A stretch of DNA of 64,000 nucleotides from contig JASLNT010000050.1 of the NCBI GenBank assembly GCA_030745875.1, forward strand, positions 3,115 to 67,114, read 5' to 3'. The DNA is from Phycisphaerae bacterium (GTDB taxonomy: Bacteria > Planctomycetota > Phycisphaerae > SM23-33). The notes beneath the pieces were generated by a model. It ran no database searches and was not told where the DNA came from. It saw only the letters and a program-made list of their open reading frames with translations. Of this stretch, positions 55,911 to 63,674 are shown piece by piece. The position numbers were made by a program, and so were the translations under genes. Every line of letters begins with the position of its first letter. Within the stretch, counting starts at the first letter, position 1.

Positions 55911-57386
55911 CTACTTCTTGTCCTTGACCTCCGGCCAGATGCGTCCGACTTCGTTCATTGTCATCGAGACGAGTTTCACGTCGCCTCCGGCGGACGTGAG
56001 GCCCAGGCTTGAGTCTTTGGGCGTAAACGGGAGATTCGCCGAATACGAGAACACCCCGCCGGCTGAGAAAACTTCGAGCTGAGACCAGTCAACCAGCATG
56101 CGGACGGTCAAAACGCCGTTGGCGTCGGGTTTGAGGGCTTTGGGCTTGTCCGGAACGGGTTTATTGCGGTGCGATCGCATGCCGTGGAACATCTTGTTCT
56201 TGATGTCGTATTTGAGCTTTATATTGGCGATCTGGAAGTTGATTTCCGTCGCCTTGGTCTCTTTCAGGTCGAACACGGCTGTCATGTCGAACGTTTTGGA
56301 CTTGGTGTTTTCCAGGAAGTTTTTGCCTTCCTTAAGAGTTTCGTTCTTCCAGGTCTTCGTGCCCTTGTAGAGATTCTTGATCGTTGCGATAGGTGTGCGG
56401 GTTATGCGCATTTTTCCTTCGTAGGTCACCAGGCCCACTTCGACCGGGAACGTCGCGTGTCGCTCCCAGCCCTTTTCTCCCACGCCCCCGTTCCAGTGAT
56501 CGTGCCAGGCGAGTTGCAGCAGCGCCTTGGTCGGCAGGTTCGGGCGGAAGAACGTTTGTGCGGCGTAGAAGTCCGGGCCGACGTCCATGACGAGCTTGTC
56601 CTGCTCCTTTGTGAACGTTTTCCCGTCGAACTGTCCGACAAGATAAGAACCGTTGGCGTCCTGCAGCACCCATTTCACCTTGCTCTTGTCGCCGTCGAGC
56701 GGGATTTCGTAGATGTCCGGGCATTCGAAACCGAACCGGATATTGCTGAGCTTCTCCCACTTGATCAGGTCCTTGGAACCGTAGAAGGTTGTCCCGCGTT
56801 CGAAGATCGCCAATATCCACGTTTTCGTGGGCTCGTACAGGAATACGTGCGGATCGCGCGGATTGGCGCCGCGAGTGGGGTTGGCTACGGGATTGGCTTT
56901 GTAATCGTGCCATTTCTTCCCGCCGTCATTGCTCCAGGCCAGGCACGTGCCCGACGCCGTGCCGGTGTAGATGGCGACCATGGCTTCCTTTTTCGATCCG
57001 GTGATCTTTTCTGCGGTTTCGCCCGAGACCACAACACCGCTGCCGGAATAGACCTGGTGCCCGCTTACGTTCTTGGTTTCCTTCGGCAGGAAGGTCTTTT
57101 GGGGGATCAGCGCCACGCCTTCATCGGTCCAGTGCAGCAGGTCCTTGCTGGTCGCGTACCCGCCGTGACGAATCCGCTTGCCCCACTGGTAGATCATGTG
57201 GTACTTGCCGTCATGATACATCAACGCGTTAACATCGTTCATCCATTCCGATTTGGGGCTGAAATGAAACTGTCCGCGAAAGTCCTCGGTATAGGTGACG
57301 TTCTTGGGATGCGGGTCGTACTGTGCGTTGGACACGGACGCCTGCATGGCGAGGGCGATAACGAATGCGAGAGCCAGATGTTTCAT
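55911..57386 (-). CDS. glycoside hydrolase family 32 (fructan/levan/sucrose hydrolase-type)
   Basis: Signal peptide present. GH32 signature blocks: WMNDVNA (WMNDPNG-type nucleophile motif), RDPHVF (RDP) and FECPDIYE (EC). Confidence 0.9.
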   Translation of the reverse strand: MKHLALAFVIALAMQASVSNAQYDPHPKNVTYTEDFRGQFHFSPKSEWMNDVNALMYHDGKYHMIYQWGKRIRHGGYATSKDLLHWTDEGVALIPQKTFLPKETKNVSGHQVYSGSGVVVSGETAEKITGSKKEAMVAIYTGTASGTCLAWSNDGGKKWHDYKANPVANPTRGANPRDPHVFLYEPTKTWILAIFERGTTFYGSKDLIKWEKLSNIRFGFECPDIYEIPLDGDKSKVKWVLQDANGSYLVGQFDGKTFTKEQDKLVMDVGPDFYAAQTFFRPNLPTKALLQLAWHDHWNGGVGEKGWERHATFPVEVGLVTYEGKMRITRTPIATIKNLYKGTKTWKNETLKEGKNFLENTKSKTFDMTAVFDLKETKATEINFQIANIKLKYDIKNKMFHGMRSHRNKPVPDKPKALKPDANGVLTVRMLVDWSQLEVFSAGGVFSYSANLPFTPKDSSLGLTSAGGDVKLVSMTMNEVGRIWPEVKDKK

Positions 57387-57683
57387 GACTGAATGCTCCT
57401 CTTCCTGAGTTTCTGTTTGTATCCTGGTGTTTAACGTTCCAGGCTCGACGCTATTGGCTGAAACTGAGCGAATAGAGTTCTGCGCCCCTTAGTTTGCCCG
57501 GGGCGCCTGGCCTGTCGGCGTCGACAAGTTCTCGCGCATATCATCCGACAATGGGCTATTGTACTCAAGAGTGTGACCGGAACCAGCAAATCCGGGCTAA
57601 TGCTTCGAGGCGTTCCCGGACGATAAGAAATATCAGTAATAGGGAGGGGCTTGTAACGTCAAAGGGACATCGAGGCAATTGGA

Positions 57684-57881
57684 ATGACGAAACGCGAAAT
57701 AATAGACGGAATACTTCGGTTCAATCGAAGTGCTGACCCGGGTTTTCTCTCGCAGTTCAACAGCGTGGAACTTGCCGAATACCTCGATCACCTTGAGGCG
57801 GCCGAACGGACCGTCATCGCTCGCGGGCCAAGCCCGTGGGAAGGTACATTCGAATACGACGGCGTACCGCAATACGCCTGA
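57684..57881 (+). CDS. small hypothetical protein (65 aa)
   Basis: ATG with GAGG 10 nt upstream, balanced composition, and a strong terminator 50 nt downstream. No family recognised. Confidence 0.4.
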   Translation: MTKREIIDGILRFNRSADPGFLSQFNSVELAEYLDHLEAAERTVIARGPSPWEGTFEYDGVPQYA

Positions 57882-57931
57882 TAACCGTAACCGACGGTGG
57901 AATATCGAACCATCGCTCTGCGACAAGTGAA

Positions 57932-57960
57932 AACCCCGATGAGAATCGGGGTTTCTTCTT
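57932..57960 (+). terminator. rho-independent terminator
   Basis: AACCCCGAT-GAGA-ATCGGGGTT (9-bp stem) followed by TCTTCTT. An A-run on the 5' side means it could also work in the other direction. Confidence 0.6.
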
Positions 57961-58040
57961 GCGCTTCACGTTCTCCGGCTGGATCGGACGAGCATGAGGA
58001 GGGGGAGAGCACTTTTTTGAACTTTTAGCTCAGGGGGGCA

Positions 58041-58068
58041 TTGACACAGGCGAGATAAGCTGTATATT
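58041..58068 (+). promoter_or_regulatory. consensus-like sigma70 promoter for tRNA-Asp (TTGACA-N16-TATATT)
   Basis: -35 at 58041-58046, -10 at 58063-58068, about 50 nt upstream of the tRNA 5' end. Confidence 0.5.
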
Positions 58069-58119
58069 ACGTGACCCGCGGTTGGTGGTTGTCACACCAT
58101 CGGCGGCGACCAGACGCAC

Positions 58120-58194
58120 GGGACCGTAGCTCAATTTGGTTAGAGCACCGGACTGTCGATCCGGAGGTTGCGGGTTCGAATCCCGTCGGTCTCG
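58120..58194 (+). tRNA. tRNA-Asp (anticodon GUC)
   Basis: Folded by hand. Acceptor GGGACCG/CGGTCTC (one G-U pair). D-arm GTAGCTCAATTTGGTTAGAGCAC. Anticodon stem CCGGA/TCCGG with loop CTGTCGA, giving anticodon GTC. T-arm GCGGG-TTCGAAT-CCCGT. Discriminator G. CCA is not encoded. Confidence 0.93.
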
Positions 58195-58203
58195 TTTGAA
58201 ACA

Positions 58204-58238
58204 AGGCCCGTCACGGAAGTGGCGGGCCTCGTTTATTT
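58204..58238. terminator. bidirectional terminator hairpin between tRNA-Asp (+) and the PAP2 gene (-)
   Basis: AGGCCCGTCAC-GGAA-GTGGCGGGCCT (11-bp stem with one G-U pair) followed by CGTTTATTT on the plus strand. It lies immediately after the PAP2 stop on the minus strand. Confidence 0.6.
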
Positions 58239-59080
58239 CACTCAACGGCGCCGCCGGGCGCTTCGTCTGTATTCTCACGTGAACTCGCGGGCTCCAGGTG
58301 CCTTTCATACCAGATGGATTTGTCCATACCCATCAGGTAATAAAGAATGAGTGCAGTCAGATATACAATTCCGGCGGACCAGAGTATATCGGATGGGAAA
58401 TGCCCGCCCTGCACATTGCGTCCAAAACCTACGAGCCCTCCGTATATCATCACAGCCCAGAATGCCCGACGTTTGTATTTTGTGTTTCGCAAGATGAAGA
58501 AGAAGATAAACATAAAGAAGGCAAATGAAGCGTGTCCTGACGGGAATGAGTTGTGAAGGCCCTGTGGGGGGTAGTATTTCTTGTACAGATCCCAGAATAG
58601 TCCGGTCTTCCTGCTCAGGCGCGCCATGCGTTTTTCATTCGGCACGTAAGGGCCTTTGACAAATAACGGGATGTATTCCGCAGTTCCGCCAAATTCGATA
58701 ACGTTGTATGGTCTTGGGCGGCCCCAGTGCTCTTTGAGCATCAGATTCGTGATCAGCCCGGGTCCGATCGCGGCGACTGCAATCGCATATACCGCCATCT
58801 TGCGGTGCTTCTTCAGGTTGTTTGCAAAAAACCCTCCAACCAAAGCCGCCAGAAAACCCGAAATGACAACGCATGGAACAATACGACTGTATTTATACAG
58901 GAAGTACCACGGCTCGGTGCGTTTGACAAACGTGTTGACCTCCGCACTCCAGAATAACGACTCAAAATCCATGTCAAGATTTGTGAAGACAAATACCGCA
59001 CTCAGTCCGAGAAGTATCGCCAGAGCAATGAATATGTCTTTCATCATGCTCTTGGCGCGGCTTGGTGGTGTTTCATTCAT
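58238..59080 (-). CDS. PAP2-family (type 2 phosphatidic acid/lipid phosphate) phosphatase, membrane protein
   Basis: The three PAP2 motifs are present: KEHWGRPRP, PSGHAS and GRNVQGGHFPSD. Several TM helices. G+C is markedly lower than in the neighbours. Confidence 0.88.
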   Translation of the reverse strand: MNETPPSRAKSMMKDIFIALAILLGLSAVFVFTNLDMDFESLFWSAEVNTFVKRTEPWYFLYKYSRIVPCVVISGFLAALVGGFFANNLKKHRKMAVYAIAVAAIGPGLITNLMLKEHWGRPRPYNVIEFGGTAEYIPLFVKGPYVPNEKRMARLSRKTGLFWDLYKKYYPPQGLHNSFPSGHASFAFFMFIFFFILRNTKYKRRAFWAVMIYGGLVGFGRNVQGGHFPSDILWSAGIVYLTALILYYLMGMDKSIWYERHLEPASSRENTDEAPGGAVE

Positions 59081-59128
59081 CGTTTGTTATGTGTTCCCGG
59101 TGGGGCGGCCCCGAGTCGATTTGCAGGC

Positions 59129-59157
59129 AATATAACACCCGATCACGCATCAGTCAA
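59129..59157 (-). promoter_or_regulatory. sigma70-like promoter candidate for the PAP2 gene (TTGACT-N17-TATATT on the minus strand)
   Basis: -35 is the reverse complement of 59152-59157 and -10 the reverse complement of 59129-59134, about 50 nt upstream of ATG 59080. Confidence 0.4.
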
Positions 59158-59200
59158 AGACGGGATTCCGCCATCCGGTTTGCGATCGGGAGATCGAGAG

Positions 59201-61288
59201 CTAGCCTTGGGCCTGGATTGCCGTTATCGCCACCGTGTTGACCACGTCCGGGACGGTGCAGCCGCGGGACAGGTCGTTTACGGGTTTCTTCAGGCCCTGC
59301 ATCACCGGTCCGATAGCCACCACACCCGCGGTTCGCTGGACGGCTTTGTAGGTGTTGTTGCCCGTGTTGAGGTCGGGGAAGATGAACACCGTGGCGCGTC
59401 CGGCGACCTTGCTGTCGGGCATTTTCTTCTTTGCGACGCTCAGGTCCGACGCCGCATCGTATTGCATCGGTCCGTCGACCTCCAGGTCCGGTGAGAGTTC
59501 TCGGACCTTTTCCGTGGCCTGTCGAACGCGATCCACGTCCTGGCCGGATCCGGATTCGCCCGACGAATACGACAGCATCGCCACTCGGGGCTCAATACCG
59601 AACATTCTCGCCGTCTCGGCCGAACTGAGCGCGATCTGCGCCAATTCCTCTGCGGTGGGATTCGGGTTGATCGCGCAGTCTCCGTAGACAACGACGCGGT
59701 CTTCCAGGCACATCAGGAACACGCTGGAGGCCAGTTCGCATCCCGGTCTGGTCTTGACTATCTGGAACGCCGGGCGAATCGTGTGTGCGGTGGTGTGTGC
59801 GGCTCCGGAGACCATTCCGTCTGCGAGCCCTTCCTGGACCATCATCGTACCGAAGTAGCTCACGTCGGTCATCGTGTCTCTGGCGGCGTCGGGCACTACG
59901 CCCTTGTGCTTGCGCAACTCGACATATCGCTCGACAAAGTCCTCTCGCCAGGGCGAAGTCAACGGGTCGACGATGTCGACGCCTTCAATGGATACTCCCA
60001 ATGCGGTTGCGGCTGACAGTACTTCCTCCTCGACCCCGAGCAGCGTAATGTCGACCACGTTGCGGAGCAGCAGGATCTCAGTCGCCCGTAGAATGCGCGG
60101 GTCGGAGCCTTCGGGAAGGACTATTCGCTTGCGGTCGGATTTCGCCCTGTGCAGAAGTTCGTATTCGAACATCAGCGGCGTCATGCGGTCGGACCGCGTG
60201 ATTGACAGTTGCTCGCCGAGTTCGTCCAAGGGCATATGGTTCTCGGTGAGTTTGAGAGCGGCTGCGATCTTGCGCTCGCTTTCGGGTTTGATCGTTCCGA
60301 CTACTCCGGCGGCCTGCATGGCTGCGGTGAATGTGTCGGTGCTTACCGAAAGAATTGGTACTCGTTGCTTTCCCAGGCCCTCGAGCAGGCGGTGCACCTG
60401 CGGAACGTGCGGGATGTCTCCGGTTAGCAGCAGGCCCGCTACGCGCGGATAAGTAGTCGCAGCATCCGCCAGAATAACGCCTATCGCGACGTCGGCGCGA
60501 TCGTGGGGCGTTATTATCATGCAGTTGTCCTCAATGTGGTCCAGAACGTTAGCCAGCCCCATCGCGGCGATTATGAATGAGTCCACTTCGCGGCGGAGCC
60601 CTTCGGCGGTGGGAGTCAGCGGTGTTGCGTCCAGAGCAGCCGCGATTTCCCCGACCGTGGGGTTCGACAGCATCGGATCCTCCGGAAGCACGTAAACCCG
60701 ACCCGTCACGCGATTGCTCTTGTCAAGCGCGTCGCGAACGGCCTGGGCCTGTTGCGGATCGGTGCGATTGGCGACTGTCGCCAGCACATCGCAGTTCTGC
60801 GCATCCAATGACTCGAGCATTACCCCGACTGCCGCGACGGTTTGGGAGGGGGTCTTGTCGGCCGCGTTTACAACGGGGAGGACCTGGCAGTTCAGATTGT
60901 TGGCGATGTCGGCGTTGAAGTCGAACTCCAGCGGGGCGGCGATTCCGGTGTAGTCGGTGCCCACGCAGACGACATAATCGTATTCGGTTTGGATGTCCCT
61001 GTACTTGGAGATGATCCGGGAGTGCATTTCATCTGTTTTTCCGTCCACCACGAGGCGTCGCATTGTCTTGTGGGTGACGCCCCAGAAGCGTTCGCGATCG
61101 TCACCCAGACCGTAACGAGCGGCTATCAGGCCGATCAGATTGTCCGGTGAGTCGCTGCTTGCGCGTATTACCGGGCGGAAGAACCCGACGCTATGTCCCC
61201 TGGCCGCCAGATGATTGATCACGCCAAGAGCGATGATCGACTTCCCGCTGCCTGCTTCGGCGCCCGCGATATAAATACTTCTCGCCAC
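59201..61288 (-). CDS. pta: phosphate acetyltransferase, long (E. coli-type) form
   Basis: 695 aa. N-terminal P-loop-like domain (IYIAGAEAGSGKS), a central DRTGG-type region and a C-terminal PTA_PTB catalytic domain (...AIGPVMQGLKKPVNDLSRG...). Confidence 0.92.
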   Translation of the reverse strand: MARSIYIAGAEAGSGKSIIALGVINHLAARGHSVGFFRPVIRASSDSPDNLIGLIAARYGLGDDRERFWGVTHKTMRRLVVDGKTDEMHSRIISKYRDIQTEYDYVVCVGTDYTGIAAPLEFDFNADIANNLNCQVLPVVNAADKTPSQTVAAVGVMLESLDAQNCDVLATVANRTDPQQAQAVRDALDKSNRVTGRVYVLPEDPMLSNPTVGEIAAALDATPLTPTAEGLRREVDSFIIAAMGLANVLDHIEDNCMIITPHDRADVAIGVILADAATTYPRVAGLLLTGDIPHVPQVHRLLEGLGKQRVPILSVSTDTFTAAMQAAGVVGTIKPESERKIAAALKLTENHMPLDELGEQLSITRSDRMTPLMFEYELLHRAKSDRKRIVLPEGSDPRILRATEILLLRNVVDITLLGVEEEVLSAATALGVSIEGVDIVDPLTSPWREDFVERYVELRKHKGVVPDAARDTMTDVSYFGTMMVQEGLADGMVSGAAHTTAHTIRPAFQIVKTRPGCELASSVFLMCLEDRVVVYGDCAINPNPTAEELAQIALSSAETARMFGIEPRVAMLSYSSGESGSGQDVDRVRQATEKVRELSPDLEVDGPMQYDAASDLSVAKKKMPDSKVAGRATVFIFPDLNTGNNTYKAVQRTAGVVAIGPVMQGLKKPVNDLSRGCTVPDVVNTVAITAIQAQG

Positions 61289-61475
61289 TTTATCGGCCTC
61301 ACCTTCCCGCCCCGCATGACCGCGGGCGAATGTGTACTGAGCCTGCGCTCTGGAAAACAGCGGTGTTTATACCTTATCGAGCGCGACATTGCCATGCGGC
61401 CCCTGGAACGCTCCGGCGTATGGAACTGTCGCACTGCGGACTGTATGATTGCAGTATTGCGAAGGGAGCAGATCT

Positions 61476-61907
61476 ATGGACTTATGCGTCATAGGCCGTG
61501 TCGTATCGGATCGCACCGCCCACCAGTGGGGACAGTGGCGCCGCAGCCGCTGCGAAATCCATGTTAACGGCGACTACGCAGACGGACTTTCCGGGCTTGA
61601 GGACTTCTCTCACGTTCTCGTGGTCTACGCGATGGACAACATGGGGAAGGTTCGAATGAAAGTTACTCCCCAGGGCAAGGACAGTTCTCCGGAAGTCGGC
61701 GTGTTTGCGTCTCGGTGTCCGTGGCGCCCGACTCCGATCGGCGTAACCGCTGTTAAGCTGCTGGGCGTGGACGGTGCGGTACTGAGCGTTGAAGGGCTTG
61801 ATGCGATTGACGGGACCGAAGTGCTCGACATAAAACCGTACATGCCTCAGTACGATGCGGTCGAGGACTGCCGCTATCCCGCCTGGGTCGATCAGTTGGA
61901 GTTCTGA
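61476..61907 (+). CDS. trmO: TsaA/YaeB-family tRNA methyltransferase (TrmO-like)
   Basis: ATG 61476 lies after GAAGGGAG. RPTPIGVTAVKLLGVDGAVLSVEGLDAIDGTEVLDIKPYMP matches the TsaA-like domain. Confidence 0.8.
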   Translation: MDLCVIGRVVSDRTAHQWGQWRRSRCEIHVNGDYADGLSGLEDFSHVLVVYAMDNMGKVRMKVTPQGKDSSPEVGVFASRCPWRPTPIGVTAVKLLGVDGAVLSVEGLDAIDGTEVLDIKPYMPQYDAVEDCRYPAWVDQLEF

Positions 61908-63661
61908 TCCGCCAAGGCGCGGAAATTGGCCACCGCTTCGCTCGTACGCAAATAGCGGTCGTAGACGCGCAGGCGAACGATCTCCACGCCGGTGTCGGGC
62001 GGGAGTTTGATTCTCCCGCCCCCGACAGACCCGATCCTGCGGTCGAATCGTCCCCATCCGAATTGGCGCGGGTGTGTCGCGCCGTCGCAGAATTGCCCGT
62101 CGACTACGCAACTGACAACGCCCGGTCCGCCGTCTACAATGAAAACGACGTGGTGTCGGCGACCTGTCTTCAGGAGGCCTTTATCCACGCACCACCGGCC
62201 GCTGCGGACTCCATCGCTGAACGATATCTCCAGAGTTCCGTCTTTCGTCTTGGCGACGGTTATTCCCTTGCCCTTACCGCCCTGACGAGAGTCCACGATC
62301 ACCTGCGGGCCTTTCAGATTGGAGATGCGAATCCGCATGTCGATAGTGAAACCGCCGCGCTGCGAGAGGTCGCCCAGTTTCGGCAAGGGCGCGCCGTTGC
62401 GCCTGGCCCGGGCCAACTGCTTACCCGAGAGATCGACCACCAGCCCGCGCTTGGTTTCCGTCTTGCAGTCAAACTGCGACCAGAGGCCCGACAGCAGGGA
62501 TGGATCGATCTCGTGGACGCGGGCGACTTCCTTCTCCGTCTCGGTCACCCAGTAGCGATCCTTTATTTCGATCAGATCCGGATAGCTCATCCGTTTCTTG
62601 GGGTTGTCGTGGTACAGCAGTATTTCAGGTTGCGACCATCGGATAACGCCTTCAACTTCGACCCCGCCGCACAGCCAGACCGGATTGCGGTCGGCGTAAG
62701 TCTTTCCACCGTGTTGGTGACACCAGAACAGGAACTTACCGTTCCCGCATCGCCATATCTTGGGGCAGGCTCGCGGATGCCTAATAATGCGCCCGCCGGG
62801 CGAGTACCGCATCGCCTTCGGTTCAGACCAGGTCGTCCCGCCGTTGCGAGTGTAGGAGATCGCGGGGAATCCCTTTGTTGTGCGATAGACGCAAGCCAGG
62901 TGTCCCGGTTTGGACAGAGATGCAAGATTGTGCTCTTCCTGCACCGACCCGAATTTAGCGTTCTTTATCCCGCCTGAGCCTTTGGGGAGCATCTCCCAGC
63001 GGATCTTTGTCGGGTCCTTTTCGGTGAGGATGTTGTCACTGCGGAACAGCCATCCCTCACCTTCGCCCAGAAAGTATTTGCCCAGCTTGGTGAAAGAGAA
63101 GTAGACCGTGTCGCCTACTGTGATCGGTTTGCAGATGCCCCAGAAGTGATGGACCACCTTGCCTTTATGACGTATCGTATCGCACGTGGTGGTGCGCATC
63201 GGAAGGCGATGTCGCTGTTTGGACCACGTGCGCCCGCCATCGTCAGAGTACTTGAAGGCGTACCATCCGTGCGTGTCGTCGCGCCCGAGATGCACTTTGT
63301 CGCCGTTGTAAGTGTAGAACGCGTAGATTCGTCCGAACCTGGTAAGCAGCGGGCACGCCCAGGAAGCCGATGGTCCGTCTGGGGATTCTATGGCGATTAG
63401 TTTCGACCAGGTCTTGCCCCGATCGTTGCTGACCGCGGCTGCTACGTGCTGCCCGCCGGCGCCTTCGCGACCCTTGCCCGTAGTCAGCACGCACACCCAT
63501 CGGCCGCTTGGCGTGACTGTTACATATGGTTGGTCTGCATATTTCAGTGCGGGCATTACCCTCCCTGTTTCAACATTACGCAGGTCTTCAGCGCAGAGGG
63601 GCGCTGCAATCAGGCAGGCTGTCAGGCAGGCGGTGATCCTATATATCTGGTGTCTTCTCAC
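61892..63661 (-). CDS. secreted BNR/Asp-box sialidase-like (GH33-type) enzyme fused to a C-terminal LamG domain
   Basis: Asp-boxes SNDRGKTWS, SDDGGRTWS and TRNGGTTWS. The C-terminus is LamG-like (HHVVFIVDGGPGVVSCVVDGQF). GTG 63661 is preceded by GAGGA and gives MRRHQIYRITACLTACLIAAPLCA, a signal peptide. Starts further upstream would overlap the preceding gene. Confidence 0.8.
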   Translation of the reverse strand: MRRHQIYRITACLTACLIAAPLCAEDLRNVETGRVMPALKYADQPYVTVTPSGRWVCVLTTGKGREGAGGQHVAAAVSNDRGKTWSKLIAIESPDGPSASWACPLLTRFGRIYAFYTYNGDKVHLGRDDTHGWYAFKYSDDGGRTWSKQRHRLPMRTTTCDTIRHKGKVVHHFWGICKPITVGDTVYFSFTKLGKYFLGEGEGWLFRSDNILTEKDPTKIRWEMLPKGSGGIKNAKFGSVQEEHNLASLSKPGHLACVYRTTKGFPAISYTRNGGTTWSEPKAMRYSPGGRIIRHPRACPKIWRCGNGKFLFWCHQHGGKTYADRNPVWLCGGVEVEGVIRWSQPEILLYHDNPKKRMSYPDLIEIKDRYWVTETEKEVARVHEIDPSLLSGLWSQFDCKTETKRGLVVDLSGKQLARARRNGAPLPKLGDLSQRGGFTIDMRIRISNLKGPQVIVDSRQGGKGKGITVAKTKDGTLEISFSDGVRSGRWCVDKGLLKTGRRHHVVFIVDGGPGVVSCVVDGQFCDGATHPRQFGWGRFDRRIGSVGGGRIKLPPDTGVEIVRLRVYDRYLRTSEAVANFRALADQNSN

Positions 63662-63674
63662 GATTCCTCGTTTG

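Noticed and set aside
50917-57392. Plus-strand ORFs opposite GH127 (50917..52077, 52123..52827), M60 (53249..54079) and GH32 (56169..57392, 407 aa).
   Set aside because: The minus-strand frames carry family signatures: FWCCTGSGLENH, HEVGH, and WMND/RDP/ECP. The plus-strand products have no motifs and show skewed composition.
61482-62977. ORFs 61482..62111 (-, 209 aa) and 62063..62977 (+, 304 aa) overlapping trmO and the sialidase.
   Set aside because: They are alternate-frame or antisense shadows. The accepted frames carry the TsaA-domain and Asp-box motifs.
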